Positions 1 to 11,977 are shown, numbered from the stretch's first letter. The stretch is 64,000 bases of DNA from Rhynchopus sp. YZ270_cl-10 (GCA_964035575.1 OZ037834.1:2170001-2234000); one strand, 5' to 3'. Program-made: numbers and translations. Notes: a model not told the origin generated them from the letters alone.

Positions 1-298
1 AGATAAGCTCCACTGAAACGCACGTTAAGGTTGAGATCCGTCTGATTGAAGGTTCAGAAGCGAACAGTGGGTATGTCTCTCCCTCTCCTCTTCCATCCTC
101 CCGCTCGCCCCACACATTTTTTTTTTTTTCCATTTTTCCATTTTCCCACACAGCGATCTGTTGGACAAACTATTCGAAATCGTGTCTGTCACAAAGCAAG
201 ACCTTGAAGCAGATGACCAAGTATCCAGTGGTGACGACCGCCCTGTCGAGAAGAAGCCAAAACGCTCCAAAAAAAGGGACAAATCTGGAACTCATTAG
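1..298 (+). CDS. 3' end of an upstream gene (partial, 2 exons visible), product unknown
   Basis: Open frame from position 3 (ISSTETHVKVEIRLIEGSEANSG), intron 71-153 (GTATGT...CACAG), last exon 154-298 (DLLDKLFEIV...KKPKRSKKRDKSGTH*). The phases join correctly. Not in the ORF track. Confidence 0.7.
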
Positions 299-784
299 AG
301 ACACAAATGATGCAGCGAAGTGTAAATCTCTCCTTTAAAAAAAAAACCCCAACAAGACGAAGAATGGTTTCTCGAAATAGATGTACGACTGACTGGTTGG
401 GGTACACCATGGCGCGGTCACGTTTGAAGGTGAGGTAACACTGTTCCGAGACTACTTTGTATTTCAAGTCAAATATTTTGCGGCACCCTTTAGGGGGTGA
501 TTGCCCAGGTTTTATATGGTGGCCTGCTATGCGTTGCTGCGGTGTCTAATCTTAAGGTTAAGGTGACGAAGTAGAGAGAGACTTCGGGTCATCGGAGAAC
601 CTTATCTTCGAGTTATCTTTCATGATTTTCAGAATTTGCATCCGTTCAGAGGTTCTGAGACAGTTTGCATTTTTTTAAAAAGTTTTTTTTTCCCCTTTCA
701 TTTCCACAAAAAAAATAACCAAGACGTGGACCCTCTTCATACCTTTCGGTGTGGTTTTTCCGTGAGTTATCACATTTTTTTTTG

Positions 785-822
785 GTGACTAAGCACGAGA
801 GGCTTAGGTTCATTTCATGAAC
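785..822 (+). repeat. Dispersed short repeat family B, consensus GTGACTAAGCACGAGAGGCTTAGGTTCATCTTATAAAC
   Basis: Related copies at about 5934-5954, 8259-8301, 13961-13999, 36764-36797, 38019-38055, 42262-42280 and 43918-43942, all on +. Confidence 0.8.
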
Positions 823-1110
823 TTTTCCTTTTTTTTTTCCCCCCCCTTCTTTTTCATCCCCCTCCCCCGTGCACCAAGGTCACACAATAGAATCCCAGCA
901 GGGAAGGCGTATTAGATTGCCCAAAAACGGGTGGAAAAAAAAAACATAACAAAACACCCTCCTTTTTTACACATATTTTCTTGACATTTATCTTAAACAT
1001 CCTACCCCTGCATTCCCCTCTTCTATGCACTCTTGGTCATTGCACTCACGGGGTTTTTTTTTTTGTATTTTCACACCAACTTTTTTCAGAGATACACAAA
1101 ACACATTACA

Positions 1111-2823
1111 ATGGAACGGCGGGATGCGTTCTCCGAGCTTATGGTGGGGGCACGGTTCCAACGGAAACGCTTCAGCGCAGACATTGCGAAGTTCACCCCT
1201 CAGGCGAAGAGCCCCACCATCCACGCTGCAACGGCACCGCTACGGGGGCATAAGGGGGTAGACTTTTTGGAGACAGCGTCGAACAACGCACCCAGCGTCG
1301 CATCGACAGACATGGACAGCGAGGCAGGGGACGATGGTGCTCCTACAGCAAAGCCCTCCCCAGCGACACCCCTCCCAAAGCCAGGCAAACAGAAGTCCCT
1401 CGACCTCCGCAAGGAAAACCACATCAAAGCATCCGGAGCGGACCTGCCACCACCGTGCGCGAACTTCCAACAGGCCATTTCTTGGTACAACATCCACGAC
1501 CAGCTTTCCCGCAACCTTCTCTCCCGTGGGTTTGTCACCCCAACCCCGATTCAAATGCAGGGTCTGCCGTCTTTGTTGGAAAAGCGGGATTTTATTGGGG
1601 TTGCGCCTACTGGAAGCGGAAAGACACTGACCTTTTTGCTTCCTATGTTGGCAAGGCTTGCGAGCCCGAAGACGACCGGGTTGAGAGCGTTGGTTCTGTC
1701 CCATTCAAAGGAGCTGGCTGCACAAAGTGAACGCGAACTGCGGTATCTCTGCAAAGGGCGCAACTGGGGGGTGCAAACCATGACCTCAAGCAAGACGGGA
1801 GTAAACAAGAGAGACATTCTGTGTACCACCCCAGGGCGTCTGGAGTCCTTCATCAAGGAGCAGGCTCTGTCTCTGGCCGCAGTGGAGTACATCGTCTTTG
1901 ACGAGGCGGATCAACTGTTCGACATTTCGCACGACAGCTTCTTCAACGTCATGAAATCGGTTCTCGACCGCTGCACCCTCCCCACCAAACAGATTGCTGT
2001 CCTCTGCGCGACTCTCCCAGAGAAGTGCGAAGGTATCATCAGAACATTCCTTCAAAACCCTCTTAGAGTGATGATCGGAACCCGCGCGTCTGCGTCGAAG
2101 AACGTTGTGCAACGGCTGGAGTACTGTGGGAAGGAGACCGGGAAGAAGGAGGCTGTCAAGCAGATTCTGCAACGCGGCCTGGCACCCCCGGTGCTGATGT
2201 TCGTGCAAAGCATCGACCGTGCCAAGGATCTGTACGGTGAGCTCTCTTTGTTGGATCTCCGCGTCGCTGCCATTCACTCTGACCGCACTACGGAACAACG
2301 TGACCGCACGGTACGTGAATTCCGTATGGGTAAGGTGAACGTTCTCATCTGCACAGAACTGATGGCGCGTGGAGTCGACTTCAAGGGTGTCGCCACAGTA
2401 CTCAACTACGACTTCCCCACCACCATCCAATCGTACGTCCATCGTGTCGGACGTACCGGCCGTGCCGGGAGAGAAGGTCTCGCCATCACTCTCTGGACAG
2501 ACGAAGACCGCCCCTACCTCCGAGGTGTCGCGCACATCATCAAATCCTCCGGCGGCGATGTCCCAGAATGGATGCTCCTGCTCTCAAAACGTTACGGCAA
2601 AGTGAAGAAGCGGAAGTTCCGTGGCGAGGAGGGGGGTGAAGAAGGTGAGGGTGAGGGTGAAGGTGAAGGAAAGCCTGTGAAGACAGAGGAAGAGCTGGAG
2701 GCTGAGAAGGCTGCGCACCAGAAGCGGGCAGAGCAGGCGAAGATCATGCCGGTACGGAGGGAGGCGATCTCTGCAATGCGCCGGGTCAAGGATGCGGAGA
2801 ACAGGAACAAACAGTATGTGTAG
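1111..2823 (+). CDS. DDX52: DEAD-box RNA helicase, DDX52/ROK1 type (ribosome biogenesis)
   Basis: Q motif (PTPIQ), APTGSGKT, TPGRL, DEAD, ARGVDF, YVHRVGRTGRAG. The N-terminus (DAFSELMVGARFQRKRF) is ROK1-like. ATG at 1111 follows a TTTCAG acceptor. Confidence 0.85.
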   Translation: MERRDAFSELMVGARFQRKRFSADIAKFTPQAKSPTIHAATAPLRGHKGVDFLETASNNAPSVASTDMDSEAGDDGAPTAKPSPATPLPKPGKQKSLDLRKENHIKASGADLPPPCANFQQAISWYNIHDQLSRNLLSRGFVTPTPIQMQGLPSLLEKRDFIGVAPTGSGKTLTFLLPMLARLASPKTTGLRALVLSHSKELAAQSERELRYLCKGRNWGVQTMTSSKTGVNKRDILCTTPGRLESFIKEQALSLAAVEYIVFDEADQLFDISHDSFFNVMKSVLDRCTLPTKQIAVLCATLPEKCEGIIRTFLQNPLRVMIGTRASASKNVVQRLEYCGKETGKKEAVKQILQRGLAPPVLMFVQSIDRAKDLYGELSLLDLRVAAIHSDRTTEQRDRTVREFRMGKVNVLICTELMARGVDFKGVATVLNYDFPTTIQSYVHRVGRTGRAGREGLAITLWTDEDRPYLRGVAHIIKSSGGDVPEWMLLLSKRYGKVKKRKFRGEEGGEEGEGEGEGEGKPVKTEEELEAEKAAHQKRAEQAKIMPVRREAISAMRRVKDAENRNKQYV

Positions 2824-3556
2824 GTTTGCTTTCTAAGAGGCTACACCCTTTAGTGCTTACTGTTTGTGTTATAAATAGTAAGTATACGAATGTATTTCTA
2901 AGACCTGTAGAAGGCTGATTCATCTTTTCAACGTTTCTTTTCTGTGTTTATGTCCAAGTTCAACAATTTTTCATTCCCAATTAAAACAGTCACAAGAAGA
3001 GAAAGCACAACAGCGACGATAAGGACGGGAAGAAGCCGAGCGGTTCAAAAGGCCCCAAACGGCGCAGAACTGTAGAGCAGTAGCCAGATATGGGGGGGTT
3101 CCTTCAGCATAGCTTTTTTTTTTCTCTCTTCTCTGAACGGCAAAATATGGGGTGATGGGTGATGGACGTCAGACCGGTCTTCCGAAAAAACTGGCCATTT
3201 TATTTTTTGTATGCCAAAAACTGTGCCGGCACCCTAGCCTTTTATTGTGGCGAGCATCATCGCGGGTCAAACAAAAAAAACGATGCAAAGAAAAATGCAA
3301 AAACGGGTAAAACTCATGGAATCAGTCAAAAAAAACACACACACACACTCAAAGCTCTTTTCTATCGAAGAGCAAACCACGCAATATTGTTATCACAAAG
3401 AACTTCCCCCCGCCCCCTCCATAGTTTCCCCTCCCCCCAAAACCTACCCAACTTTTCCTCTTTCCTCTTACCCCTCTCTATCCAGCTTCATCACACACAA
3501 TATACCTACCTTTTTTTAGGTACCTTTTATCTTTTTAAACTTGAGTACTCTTTAAG

Positions 3557-5697
3557 ATGAGCGGGAAGGTTGCACTGTTCGCAGGGCCTACACGGGCTGC
3601 ATTCCGGAACCTTAAGGCATGCCAATCGCATCCTCAGGTGGCGGGGCTTGTTCAGCGTGCAGCTGACACGCTGAAGAACAGTGGCGCGAGTCTGGACCTG
3701 CTGAAGGAGCTAGAGAAGGAGGCGTGGACAGCGTCGGAGGAGACTGATGAGGAGGGGGCGAACTCTGTGGCGGTGAAGTTGGTGTCGCAGCTGGCGGGGT
3801 TCTTGACGCAGTACTCTTTGGAGGCTGTCCCGACCGACTTCCTTGCGACAACAGGAGACCGTCCGGGTATGTTCGCGGCCGTCCTTGTTGCCGCCTCTAA
3901 TGACACCGCTGCCCTGCTCACCCACCTCGACTCCTTCCTCAAGGCCGCCCTCATCGCGGGCGCCAAGACCGAATCCTCCGCCAAAGCGATTGCCGAGCAA
4001 TGGCACGCCAAGGGCATCAAGCTCCCCACCGCCTCCGCTCTGCGTCTCCCCGTCCTCGGCTGCGATGGGCGTGGTGATCTTCGGGCCTGCAAAGACCTGA
4101 CCACAGAGCTTGCCTCCCTCTGCCTCCACATCGACTACGAAGAGAACGCTGCAATGGAGGCAGCGCATAAGGAGGTGCGTGCCAAGATCGAGACTGTCGT
4201 GGACTTTGGATGCCCTGCAAGCAAGAACGGAAGAATCGGCCTTCCCGTGGACGGTGTGCGCGACCTCGCGACGTTGAACTACATGCTCCCGGATGTGGCG
4301 GAGATCAAGAAGGAGGTGATCAAGCGTGGCTACACCTGGGACATCTCGCTGGTGCACTCCTTCCTCTGGCTGGCGCATGACGTGGTGATCAACGCGGCGC
4401 TCATGTACCTGACATACCTCGTGCTGCCCTTCTTCTCCAACACCCTGACCTGGACCGTCCTCTGGCCTCTCTACTCCGTCGTGGTCGGTACTACCCTTAC
4501 AGGGATCTGGGTTATCGGTCACGAATGCGGCCACCGTGCTTTCGCGGGTACCGGTGCAAACTCTTGGATCAACGATGTCGTCGGTGTTATCACACACACA
4601 CCCCTCCTCGTGCCCTTCTGGGCATGGCGCTTCTCGCACCACAAGCACCACATGTTCACCAACCATCTTCTTGACGGTGAGACTCACGTTCCCGCGCATA
4701 AGAACGGTATGTAAAAAAGATGAAACATGGTTAAAAACAAACTACAGGAACCGGTCTGGACAAGGCGGCGATGAAGATCACCGGGGAAGAGGGATTCGTC
4801 TTCTGGAACATTGTGCAGCACTTGGTCTTTGGGTATGACACCATCCCCTACGCCACAAAACCCCCCCCCCCCCCCCCACCCCACCCGGAAACTGACGTCT
4901 CCACATCCCAGCGACAACACCTTTTCTCTTTTCTGCTCACTCGATACCTACATGCTAAGCATCCCCTCCTGAATGTACCTCACCTTACAAAACCCACACT
5001 CCATATCCATCACAGCTGGCCGCTGTACCTCATCAACAACGCAACGGGAGGCCGCCGCACCCCCCAGGGCAAGAAGATCGACCGCAAGAAGTCGAAGAGC
5101 CACTTCAAGCCCGGCAGCCAGGTCTTCGAGGACAACCAGCGCCCCATGATCCTCCCCGGCACCACGGCGTGCGTCGCCTGGGTCGCCGCTATGTTCTACC
5201 TGGACTACGAGCTCGGCTTCGGCACCTCCCTCTTCTGGTATGAGACCCACCCCCTCCCCTCTCCCCTCTCCCCTCTCCCCTCCATTTAATCATCCCTCAG
5301 GTTCTGGGGAGCGTACATGGTGGTCAACTCATGGCTCGTTCTGTACACATGGCTGCACCACGCTGACCCTGAGATCCCCCACTTCTCGGACGGTCAGTTC
5401 TCGTACATGCGTGGAGCGACCTGCAGCTGTGACAGAAACTACCCTGCGATCATCAACTATCTGCACCACGACATCGGGTCGACGCACGTTCTGCACCACA
5501 TCAGCTTCCAGTTGCCGTTCTACTTCGCGCAGAACGCAACAAAGGTGTTCCGTGAGCGCTACCCCCACCTCTACCGCTACGACACCCGCCCGCTTATGCA
5601 CACTATGTTCGAGGTCTCAAAGAAGTGCCACTACGTCGATGACGTGCAGGGTGTGCAGTACTACAAACCTCTCGAGCTGAAGAAGAAGTCCCAATAG
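3557..5697 (+). CDS. Delta12/omega-3-family fatty-acid desaturase with an N-terminal degenerate FAS-type acetyltransferase (AT/SAT-like) domain; 4 exons, about 617 aa
   Basis: Exons 3557-4706, 4748-4832, 5016-5237, 5301-5697 (1854 nt in total). His boxes HECGH, HHKHH and HVLHH are present, and splicing restores LVFGWPLYL. All three introns are GTATG...CAG. Confidence 0.9.
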
Positions 5698-8645
5698 ATT
5701 TATTTTTTTGGGGGGATTTGTGTTGGTTTGTTGAAAAAAAAAACTGCGAAAAAAAAAAATTGGAGCTGCCTTTCTGAAGGTATCCTTAAAAAAAATGCTT
5801 CCCATTAACTAATGTGGAGGTACGCAGTTTTTTATTATGGTTTCCACATCATGATGGACCCTCTAATCCTTTTCCCACACACAAATCCATTTTTAAATCT
5901 CTTCTTCTAGGTGATAAAAGCAGCGAAGAGAAAAGCTTGGGTTCATCTTATAAATTATTACTTTTTTTTTTTTAAATCCCCATTCAGAACGATCGAATCG
6001 AAATCTAACACAAAAACAAAACAAAAAAAAAGACGTCCTTTTTTAACCCCCTCCAATCTGGGGTCTTTTATGAATAGATCGAAGACAAAGAAAAAAAAAA
6101 AAAACAATTACTCTCCAAATGAGAAACAAAAAAAACACCGTTTTTAAAAGGAACGTAAAAGAAATGACCCTCTCCTGAGAGGGAAAAGGGTGGGGGTGGG
6201 AATAATGGAGAAAAAAGTAAAGAAGGAATGGTAAAATAAAGGAAGGAAGCACCAGGCATAGTTTCTCCCCCTTTGTCAGAAAATCTGATTTTGAAGCGAA
6301 TTTTTTGTTTTGTTTTTTTTTTTGTTTCCCCCTTTTCCAAAAGTTTTCCGCATCTTTTTCAGCTTTCTCTCCTAAACACTTGGTTCTCATTTTCACATGA
6401 ATTATGGGGATGCACATATGGATATAAGGGAGAAGAGAGTGAGAGAGAAGAAGAAAACGAGACTTGGGGTTTTAAAAAATAAAATATAACATTTTCTTCA
6501 AAATCAATTCTGTACATCATCACGAGATCCCTATACCTGTCCACTTTTTTTCCTCCCTTCTTTTGCTTTTTTTTTCCACCACGGAAACAATCGGGGGGTG
6601 TTTTCTCCTCGATTTCCGTTGGTGGGTCCGATCCTCCCCCGCCTCATTTTTTTTCGACCTTTTTTTCCCGCTTTTTTCTGTTTCTAACTGTACATTTGGT
6701 TCTAAAGAAAAAAAAAATAACAGTAAAAAGTAAAAAACGCCTTCTTTGAAGGTGGTATTGGGGAGGTAGGGGGGGAGGGCGACTTAAGCGAATGAGGCTC
6801 GCCTGTCTAAAGGTTTTTAGCCTTTTTTTTGGGGTCCTCTGATCGCTTCTGACACTTTCCCTCCCTCTCTCCCTGTTACCACCTGAAAATAAAGGTTTTT
6901 TGGTTATATCTGGGTTCACCCTCATCCCTCCCCTGCCGGTTGCTGCATGCGGCACTGAGTTCTCAAAGGGAAGGGGTTTTTTTTAAAGGGTGTGGTGTTC
7001 ATTTTATTTATACTTGAGAGGCAAACGCAATGGCGTATCGTATCGTAACGTTCTCTCTTTTGTTGTTTTCAATAATGTGCTTTCTCTCTTTTTTGAAAGT
7101 ATGAAAACTATTTTTTTTTCTTTTTTGTTTCAGCCCTTCCGTAGCATTTTGTGTGGAAACGTTCTACATCACGTCCGTTTCTTTGCACAAAAATATTTAT
7201 CAAACTTTTTTTGCCTTTTTTTTTTAAAGTCAAGTTTATTTTGACCACCTATTTTGAGCCAACCACGCCAAGTGGTCTCACAGGTTTTTTTTTTTGACTT
7301 TTTTTTTTTAAATTGCCTGTTACAGTTGAACTAATAGATAGAATGGTATCAGTGTAGCAGCTCGTGCAACTGCATCACCTGCAAATGTTTCACAGCCACT
7401 ACTCTTTTACCAGTGCAATCACAGTTCAGCTGCGCGGAGCACATCGTTTCTAGTGTGTGCCCTCCCACTTTATTCCAAAAAAAAAAAAAAAAAGAAACAG
7501 GAAAAAAAAAACAAATAATATTCCACACTGTGGCAGTACTTACCCTAGTTTTTAGCTATTGCTGCCACTTATTTCGTCATCTCTCCCTCAAAACATTCTT
7601 CCCTCCCCCCCCCGTACATCCTTGTTAAAATACGACACCAGTAATACCAGACAGGTGGTACCACAGGCGTTTGTCAAATTTTTCAAAAAAAACAAAACGT
7701 TTTTTTTTTCTCATTTTGTTTTTCTTGTCGTCAATGGTTGAGTCATCACTACACAATGATTTATTTTTTTTTAAAGGAGGCCATTTTTGTTCAGGCTTTC
7801 CTTGTTTTAAAAGCTTGCCTGAAATGGGGTGGTCTCATTTTTAATTTAAATGATCTGTGTATTTTTTCTCCTTTGCTTTTCTGTTTCTTTTTCCAGTTTT
7901 TTTTCCCCTTGAAAGATGTGTTGTGCCCCCCCCACTCCATTCTGAGGCCCCACATGCATCTTTTAAGTTTTACATCTTTTTTTTTTTATCCCCATTTTTT
8001 TTTTCTTACATTTGTTTGCGTATCTGCATTGTTTCACAGTGCGTTGCTATTCTTTGTGTCCCCTTCCCAAAACTCATCCCCCCCCTCCAGGGGAACCCAC
8101 AAAGCAAGAATATCAATGATTTCCAAAGCTATATTTAAAAGAAAAGGTGAATTAAAAAAAAAACCCCCCCACACCCCCTTTTTTCCGTTCTAAATAGAAC
8201 GTCATTTGTCGATTTCAAAGAATATGAAAACCCAATTTTTCTTCTAAAATACGTGTAGTAAGCACGAGAGGCTTAGGAGAGGCTAGGATCATCTGATAAA
8301 CTTCTCTCTCTCTCTCTCTTGTCTCAACCATCGTTCACTAAAAGTTGGGTGAAGCGAACGGAGTACCTGTACGCTCACAATCTACAGGAGGTGTATACCG
8401 CCCTCGTTCTCTTACGGTACGGGCAAGTCATTAGGTTTCCTTTTTACATCAACTGTTGTAGGCCACAAGGGCACTTGCACTAATTTTGTTTTCATCAGGA
8501 TGGCTGGCATCGTACTGTGGGTCAGTCAGAGGTACAACTACAGTTTTTTCTCTCTCTCTCAACAAATCCCCTCAGCGCTTCACCCTCCCCTCTCCCCTCA
8601 TCCTCACCCCCTCACCCTCTCCCCCTTCCACATCACCTTCCAACA

Positions 8646-9614
8646 ATGTGGCGACGGCGCATGAAACCACTGATTACACGTACCCTTGAGAACGTTGGCC
8701 TCCGTAAGAAACGCATTGTGGACACCCCTTGGCAAAGGTTCGACGGCGAACAGCGCCACACCGGGAAGGAGGGGCTGGGTGTCGGGGCCAGGCTGTTGGG
8801 GATGCTTCCTGTTGGTGTGGCGCAGTCGCTTGCTGCGGCGGAGCGGACGCGGAAGACTATGAACAATACAGCAGCGCTCGATGCGATGTTGCACAATGCG
8901 TCGCATAATGTTGTCAGGTCTCTGCAAGGCGTCGATAAATCTATCTCAAAAACACTGGAAGAAAAGGGGGGCACGGCGGCAGGTGGAATGGAAAAGGCTG
9001 AACGTGACCTTCATCAATTCATGGATAACCTCACAAAAGAGGTGACTACGACAGCAGACGTTGTCCGCCTCATGCAAAAGGCCCCAAAGAACCTTACCCC
9101 ACTTTGTCTTCCTACCCCTTGCACTGCCTTCCTTACCACTCTGCTTCAGGCACATAAACCTACCACAATTTTGGATTGTGGGAGTTATGTTGGTCTATAT
9201 TCTGCTTGCGTTATGTCAGTTGCGTTAAAGGATCATCCAATCATCGTGGCCGTAGAGAATAAGACGATTTTAGCTAATACCTGTCAAGGGATTATTAACA
9301 ACGTGAAAACGAAAAACATTGTGTGTCATTGGGGTAGCGTTGACGCCTTTGCAAAGGATAAAGCGCCCATCGTATTTGACTTTATTCTTCTAGACCACAA
9401 TCCGATTCTGTTCTTTGATGATCTGCAGACTCTCATCGCGAAGGGTAAAGTGAAGAAGGGGTGTCTCATAGCAGCGCATGTCGAGCTCAGTGGCGACGGA
9501 GGGAACCGTAGCGCGTACCATGAATACCTCACAAAGGTCGTTGCAGACAAACGATTCAAACCGATGCACTGCCCTCCTACCTCAGCTCTTCATGTCATTA
9601 GATATTTGGGATGA
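8646..9614 (+). CDS. Class I SAM-dependent O-methyltransferase-like (COMT-like) protein
   Basis: Motif I-like ILDCGSYVGLYS, post-I IVAVE, FDFILLDH. The Arg-rich N-terminus may be a targeting peptide. Confidence 0.6.
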   Translation: MWRRRMKPLITRTLENVGLRKKRIVDTPWQRFDGEQRHTGKEGLGVGARLLGMLPVGVAQSLAAAERTRKTMNNTAALDAMLHNASHNVVRSLQGVDKSISKTLEEKGGTAAGGMEKAERDLHQFMDNLTKEVTTTADVVRLMQKAPKNLTPLCLPTPCTAFLTTLLQAHKPTTILDCGSYVGLYSACVMSVALKDHPIIVAVENKTILANTCQGIINNVKTKNIVCHWGSVDAFAKDKAPIVFDFILLDHNPILFFDDLQTLIAKGKVKKGCLIAAHVELSGDGGNRSAYHEYLTKVVADKRFKPMHCPPTSALHVIRYLG

Positions 9615-9812
9615 GAGAGAGAGAGAGACGCAAAAACCAATCTTTTATAAACTCCGTCTGATGGCGTAAAAAACCCCCTCAAAAATGGGGAGGAAAAAGA
9701 ATCTGTTACCCCCCCCCTTTATTTCTCCCTCCCCCTCTCTGCATTCGCTTCTTTGCTTTTCTTAATACATTTGGATGAATTTGCCGACAGGAAGTCCCCC
9801 TCCCCCCCCATC

Positions 9813-10673
9813 ATGTCCTTCAATGGAGCCGCCATCGCGAAGAAAATTGGAATCGGTTTCGGAGGGCTGACCTCCGTGATGGTGATGGGAGTGGGGTATT
9901 TTTTTGGCAGTTCTTTTGGGATGACGGAGAAGATTGGGAGTTCCACTGAGCATACTCGGGTGCATTATGACGAGCGCACACGGATGTCGGCCTTCAACAC
10001 GATAGCACCGAAATACGATAAGGAAATTGGCATGGATGAGTTCTTCATGGGCATGCTGCTGCTCAGGAGATGGCTTCTCCGATCTGCTGTAGGAAACACC
10101 CTAGAAGTCGGTGCAGGAACCGGACGCAACCTGCCATATTATAAACGCTGCGATTCCGTCACCTTCACCGACCAATCCCGTGAAATGCTTGACCAAATTG
10201 AGGCAAAGCTTCCCCTTCCGTCGCCCCGCCTCTACGGCTCCACACCTACTGCCGAAGTAAAGCAAATGAGCACATCAAAACTCGCATTTCCTGACAATTC
10301 ATTTGACACGGTGGTATCTACCTTTGGGTTGTGTTCATATGAGGACCCGTTGGGTGCCTTGTCTGAGATGCAGAGAGTGTGCAAGCCGGAGGGGCGTATA
10401 CTATTGCTAGAGCACGGCCAAGGGACCTGGGGGTTTATCAACAGATGGCTCGCAATGGGGGCCGCAAATCACGCCAAGCATTATGGGTGTGTCTGGAACA
10501 AGCCCATCGCAGCGCTGGTTGACGAAGCGGGGCTCTCGGTGCTGCGCTCTCGTCGGTGGCATTTTGGGACGACATATTCCATTGTGGCAACCGGGCAGCC
10601 AAGGGAAGGGTACGTATCGCCCAACACTGCACCGAAGGTAGCTAAGGCAAAGCGTGGGGTTTTCACGGAGTAG
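9813..10673 (+). CDS. OMS1: SAM-dependent methyltransferase (Methyltransf_11), OMS1-like
   Basis: N-terminal TM segment, LEVGAGTGRNL, FDTVVSTFGLCS, GRILLLEHG, GCVWNK, RWHFGTTY. Confidence 0.7.
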   Translation: MSFNGAAIAKKIGIGFGGLTSVMVMGVGYFFGSSFGMTEKIGSSTEHTRVHYDERTRMSAFNTIAPKYDKEIGMDEFFMGMLLLRRWLLRSAVGNTLEVGAGTGRNLPYYKRCDSVTFTDQSREMLDQIEAKLPLPSPRLYGSTPTAEVKQMSTSKLAFPDNSFDTVVSTFGLCSYEDPLGALSEMQRVCKPEGRILLLEHGQGTWGFINRWLAMGAANHAKHYGCVWNKPIAALVDEAGLSVLRSRRWHFGTTYSIVATGQPREGYVSPNTAPKVAKAKRGVFTE

Positions 10674-10892
10674 CGGATTTTGAAGAAAAGGATCAGACAA
10701 AATTCTGGGGGAGCGGGAATGGAGACAGGTCTGATGGCCTTTAGATATTTTTTTTTTGACTTATTTTTTGGAAAGAAAAATAACCCAAACGTACCCCTTC
10801 GAATTGAACACTTTTGTCACCTCACCTCACCTCATATCTTGACGATTTTTGTCTATTCTGTACGACGCTGACATCGTACATTGGTCAGCTTC

Positions 10893-10984
10893 CGTGTCTT
10901 CCCGACTGTTTTTCCCTTTAAGGAGCTCACGCAAGAGGAGAAGACTTTAAGGCGTGATGACTCCAGGCTGGGACGAACCCATAT
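10893..10984 (+). repeat. Dispersed repeat of about 90 bp, second copy at 37606-37680
   Basis: Shared CGTGTCTTCCCGACTGTTTT...TTTAAGGAGCTCACGCAAG...GTGATGACTCCAGGCTGGGACGAACCCATAT. Confidence 0.8.
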
Positions 10985-11071
10985 CATTTGCTTGCATTTA
11001 CTTCACTTTCATTTCACTCAAAGCAATCCTAAGGGCCTGATACTTTGGAGACTTTCCCCCCCCCCCTCCCA

Positions 11072-11728
11072 ATGCCCCATACGATTTCTGCAGCGCTGAA
11101 CACCCTTCGCATTGCTACTCATGCCTGGGTGTCTCCTGCAGTCACCTTCAGCACCATCATAGGATCTGGTGCAGGTGTGATTTGCACCCACCCCGTACCG
11201 TCAGGGACAACCCTGGTGAAGGTGCACCACTCTCATGTGGTGCGCCACACAGATGGTGAAGTGGATGTGTCGCAGTTTCACAAACTGAGTCTTGCTGCAG
11301 CGTTGTTGCGGGAAGAGGTTTATTGCGATGCGCTTGGTGAGGCGCCGCACAACGGGGTGATGCTGTTGCCCAAACACTTTGAGACTGAGGAGTACAAAGT
11401 GCTGTGCAAGGGGTGGCGGGAGTTGGCAGAACAGCTGTCACATGAAACAGGCGTGTCTGTTGTACGGTCCCGCTGGGCGCTCTCGCACGTCCTCTCGAGG
11501 GCGGTGGTGCTTGACAAGGAGCCGGTACTGCTGCCACTGCTGGACCTCGCGAACCACTCCTTCACGCCAAACGCACGCTTTGCGCTCGACGGAGACGATG
11601 CCTGCCTCATAACAACGTCGCCTATAGAATCCGAAGAAGTTACAATACAATACTCAGATACAAAACCGGACACTCCAGGGGGAATCGACTTTTGGCGCTT
11701 CACTTGGGGGTTTATCCCTGAAACATAA
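11072..11728 (+). CDS. Small SET-domain protein-lysine methyltransferase (LSMT/SETD-like)
   Basis: GAGV N-SET motif, WALSHVLSRA, LLPLLDLANHS-x-PNA, EEVTIQY, TWGF. Confidence 0.75.
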   Translation: MPHTISAALNTLRIATHAWVSPAVTFSTIIGSGAGVICTHPVPSGTTLVKVHHSHVVRHTDGEVDVSQFHKLSLAAALLREEVYCDALGEAPHNGVMLLPKHFETEEYKVLCKGWRELAEQLSHETGVSVVRSRWALSHVLSRAVVLDKEPVLLPLLDLANHSFTPNARFALDGDDACLITTSPIESEEVTIQYSDTKPDTPGGIDFWRFTWGFIPET

Positions 11729-11977
11729 AAAAAAGCACCACGTTCTTTTCCACACACACAATGATCCTTTCCTCTGACCGACGAATGGAAGCGGGAGTAG
11801 CACATCAGATGCGAACCACGACATGGATGTAGAACTGCATGGTTGTCCACCCCCCCACTACACCGCTCATATACATCTACACTGTTACGATGTATTTCCC
11901 CTCCCTCCCCCCTCCCCCACTCCCCTCCACCTTATCTACCCTTTTCCCAAGAAAGACAATACACCAAAACAAAAGCA

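Noticed and set aside
3034..3060. tRNA A-box-like GCCGAGCGGTTCAAAAGGC
   Set aside because: No B-box/T-arm or cloverleaf follows.
10953..11040. Possible C/D snoRNA (GTGATGA...CTGA) or hammerhead core (TGATGA...CGAA)
   Set aside because: The second copy at 37606-37680 lacks the matching D-box region, there is no terminal stem, and the hammerhead consensus CUGANGA/GAAA is not met.
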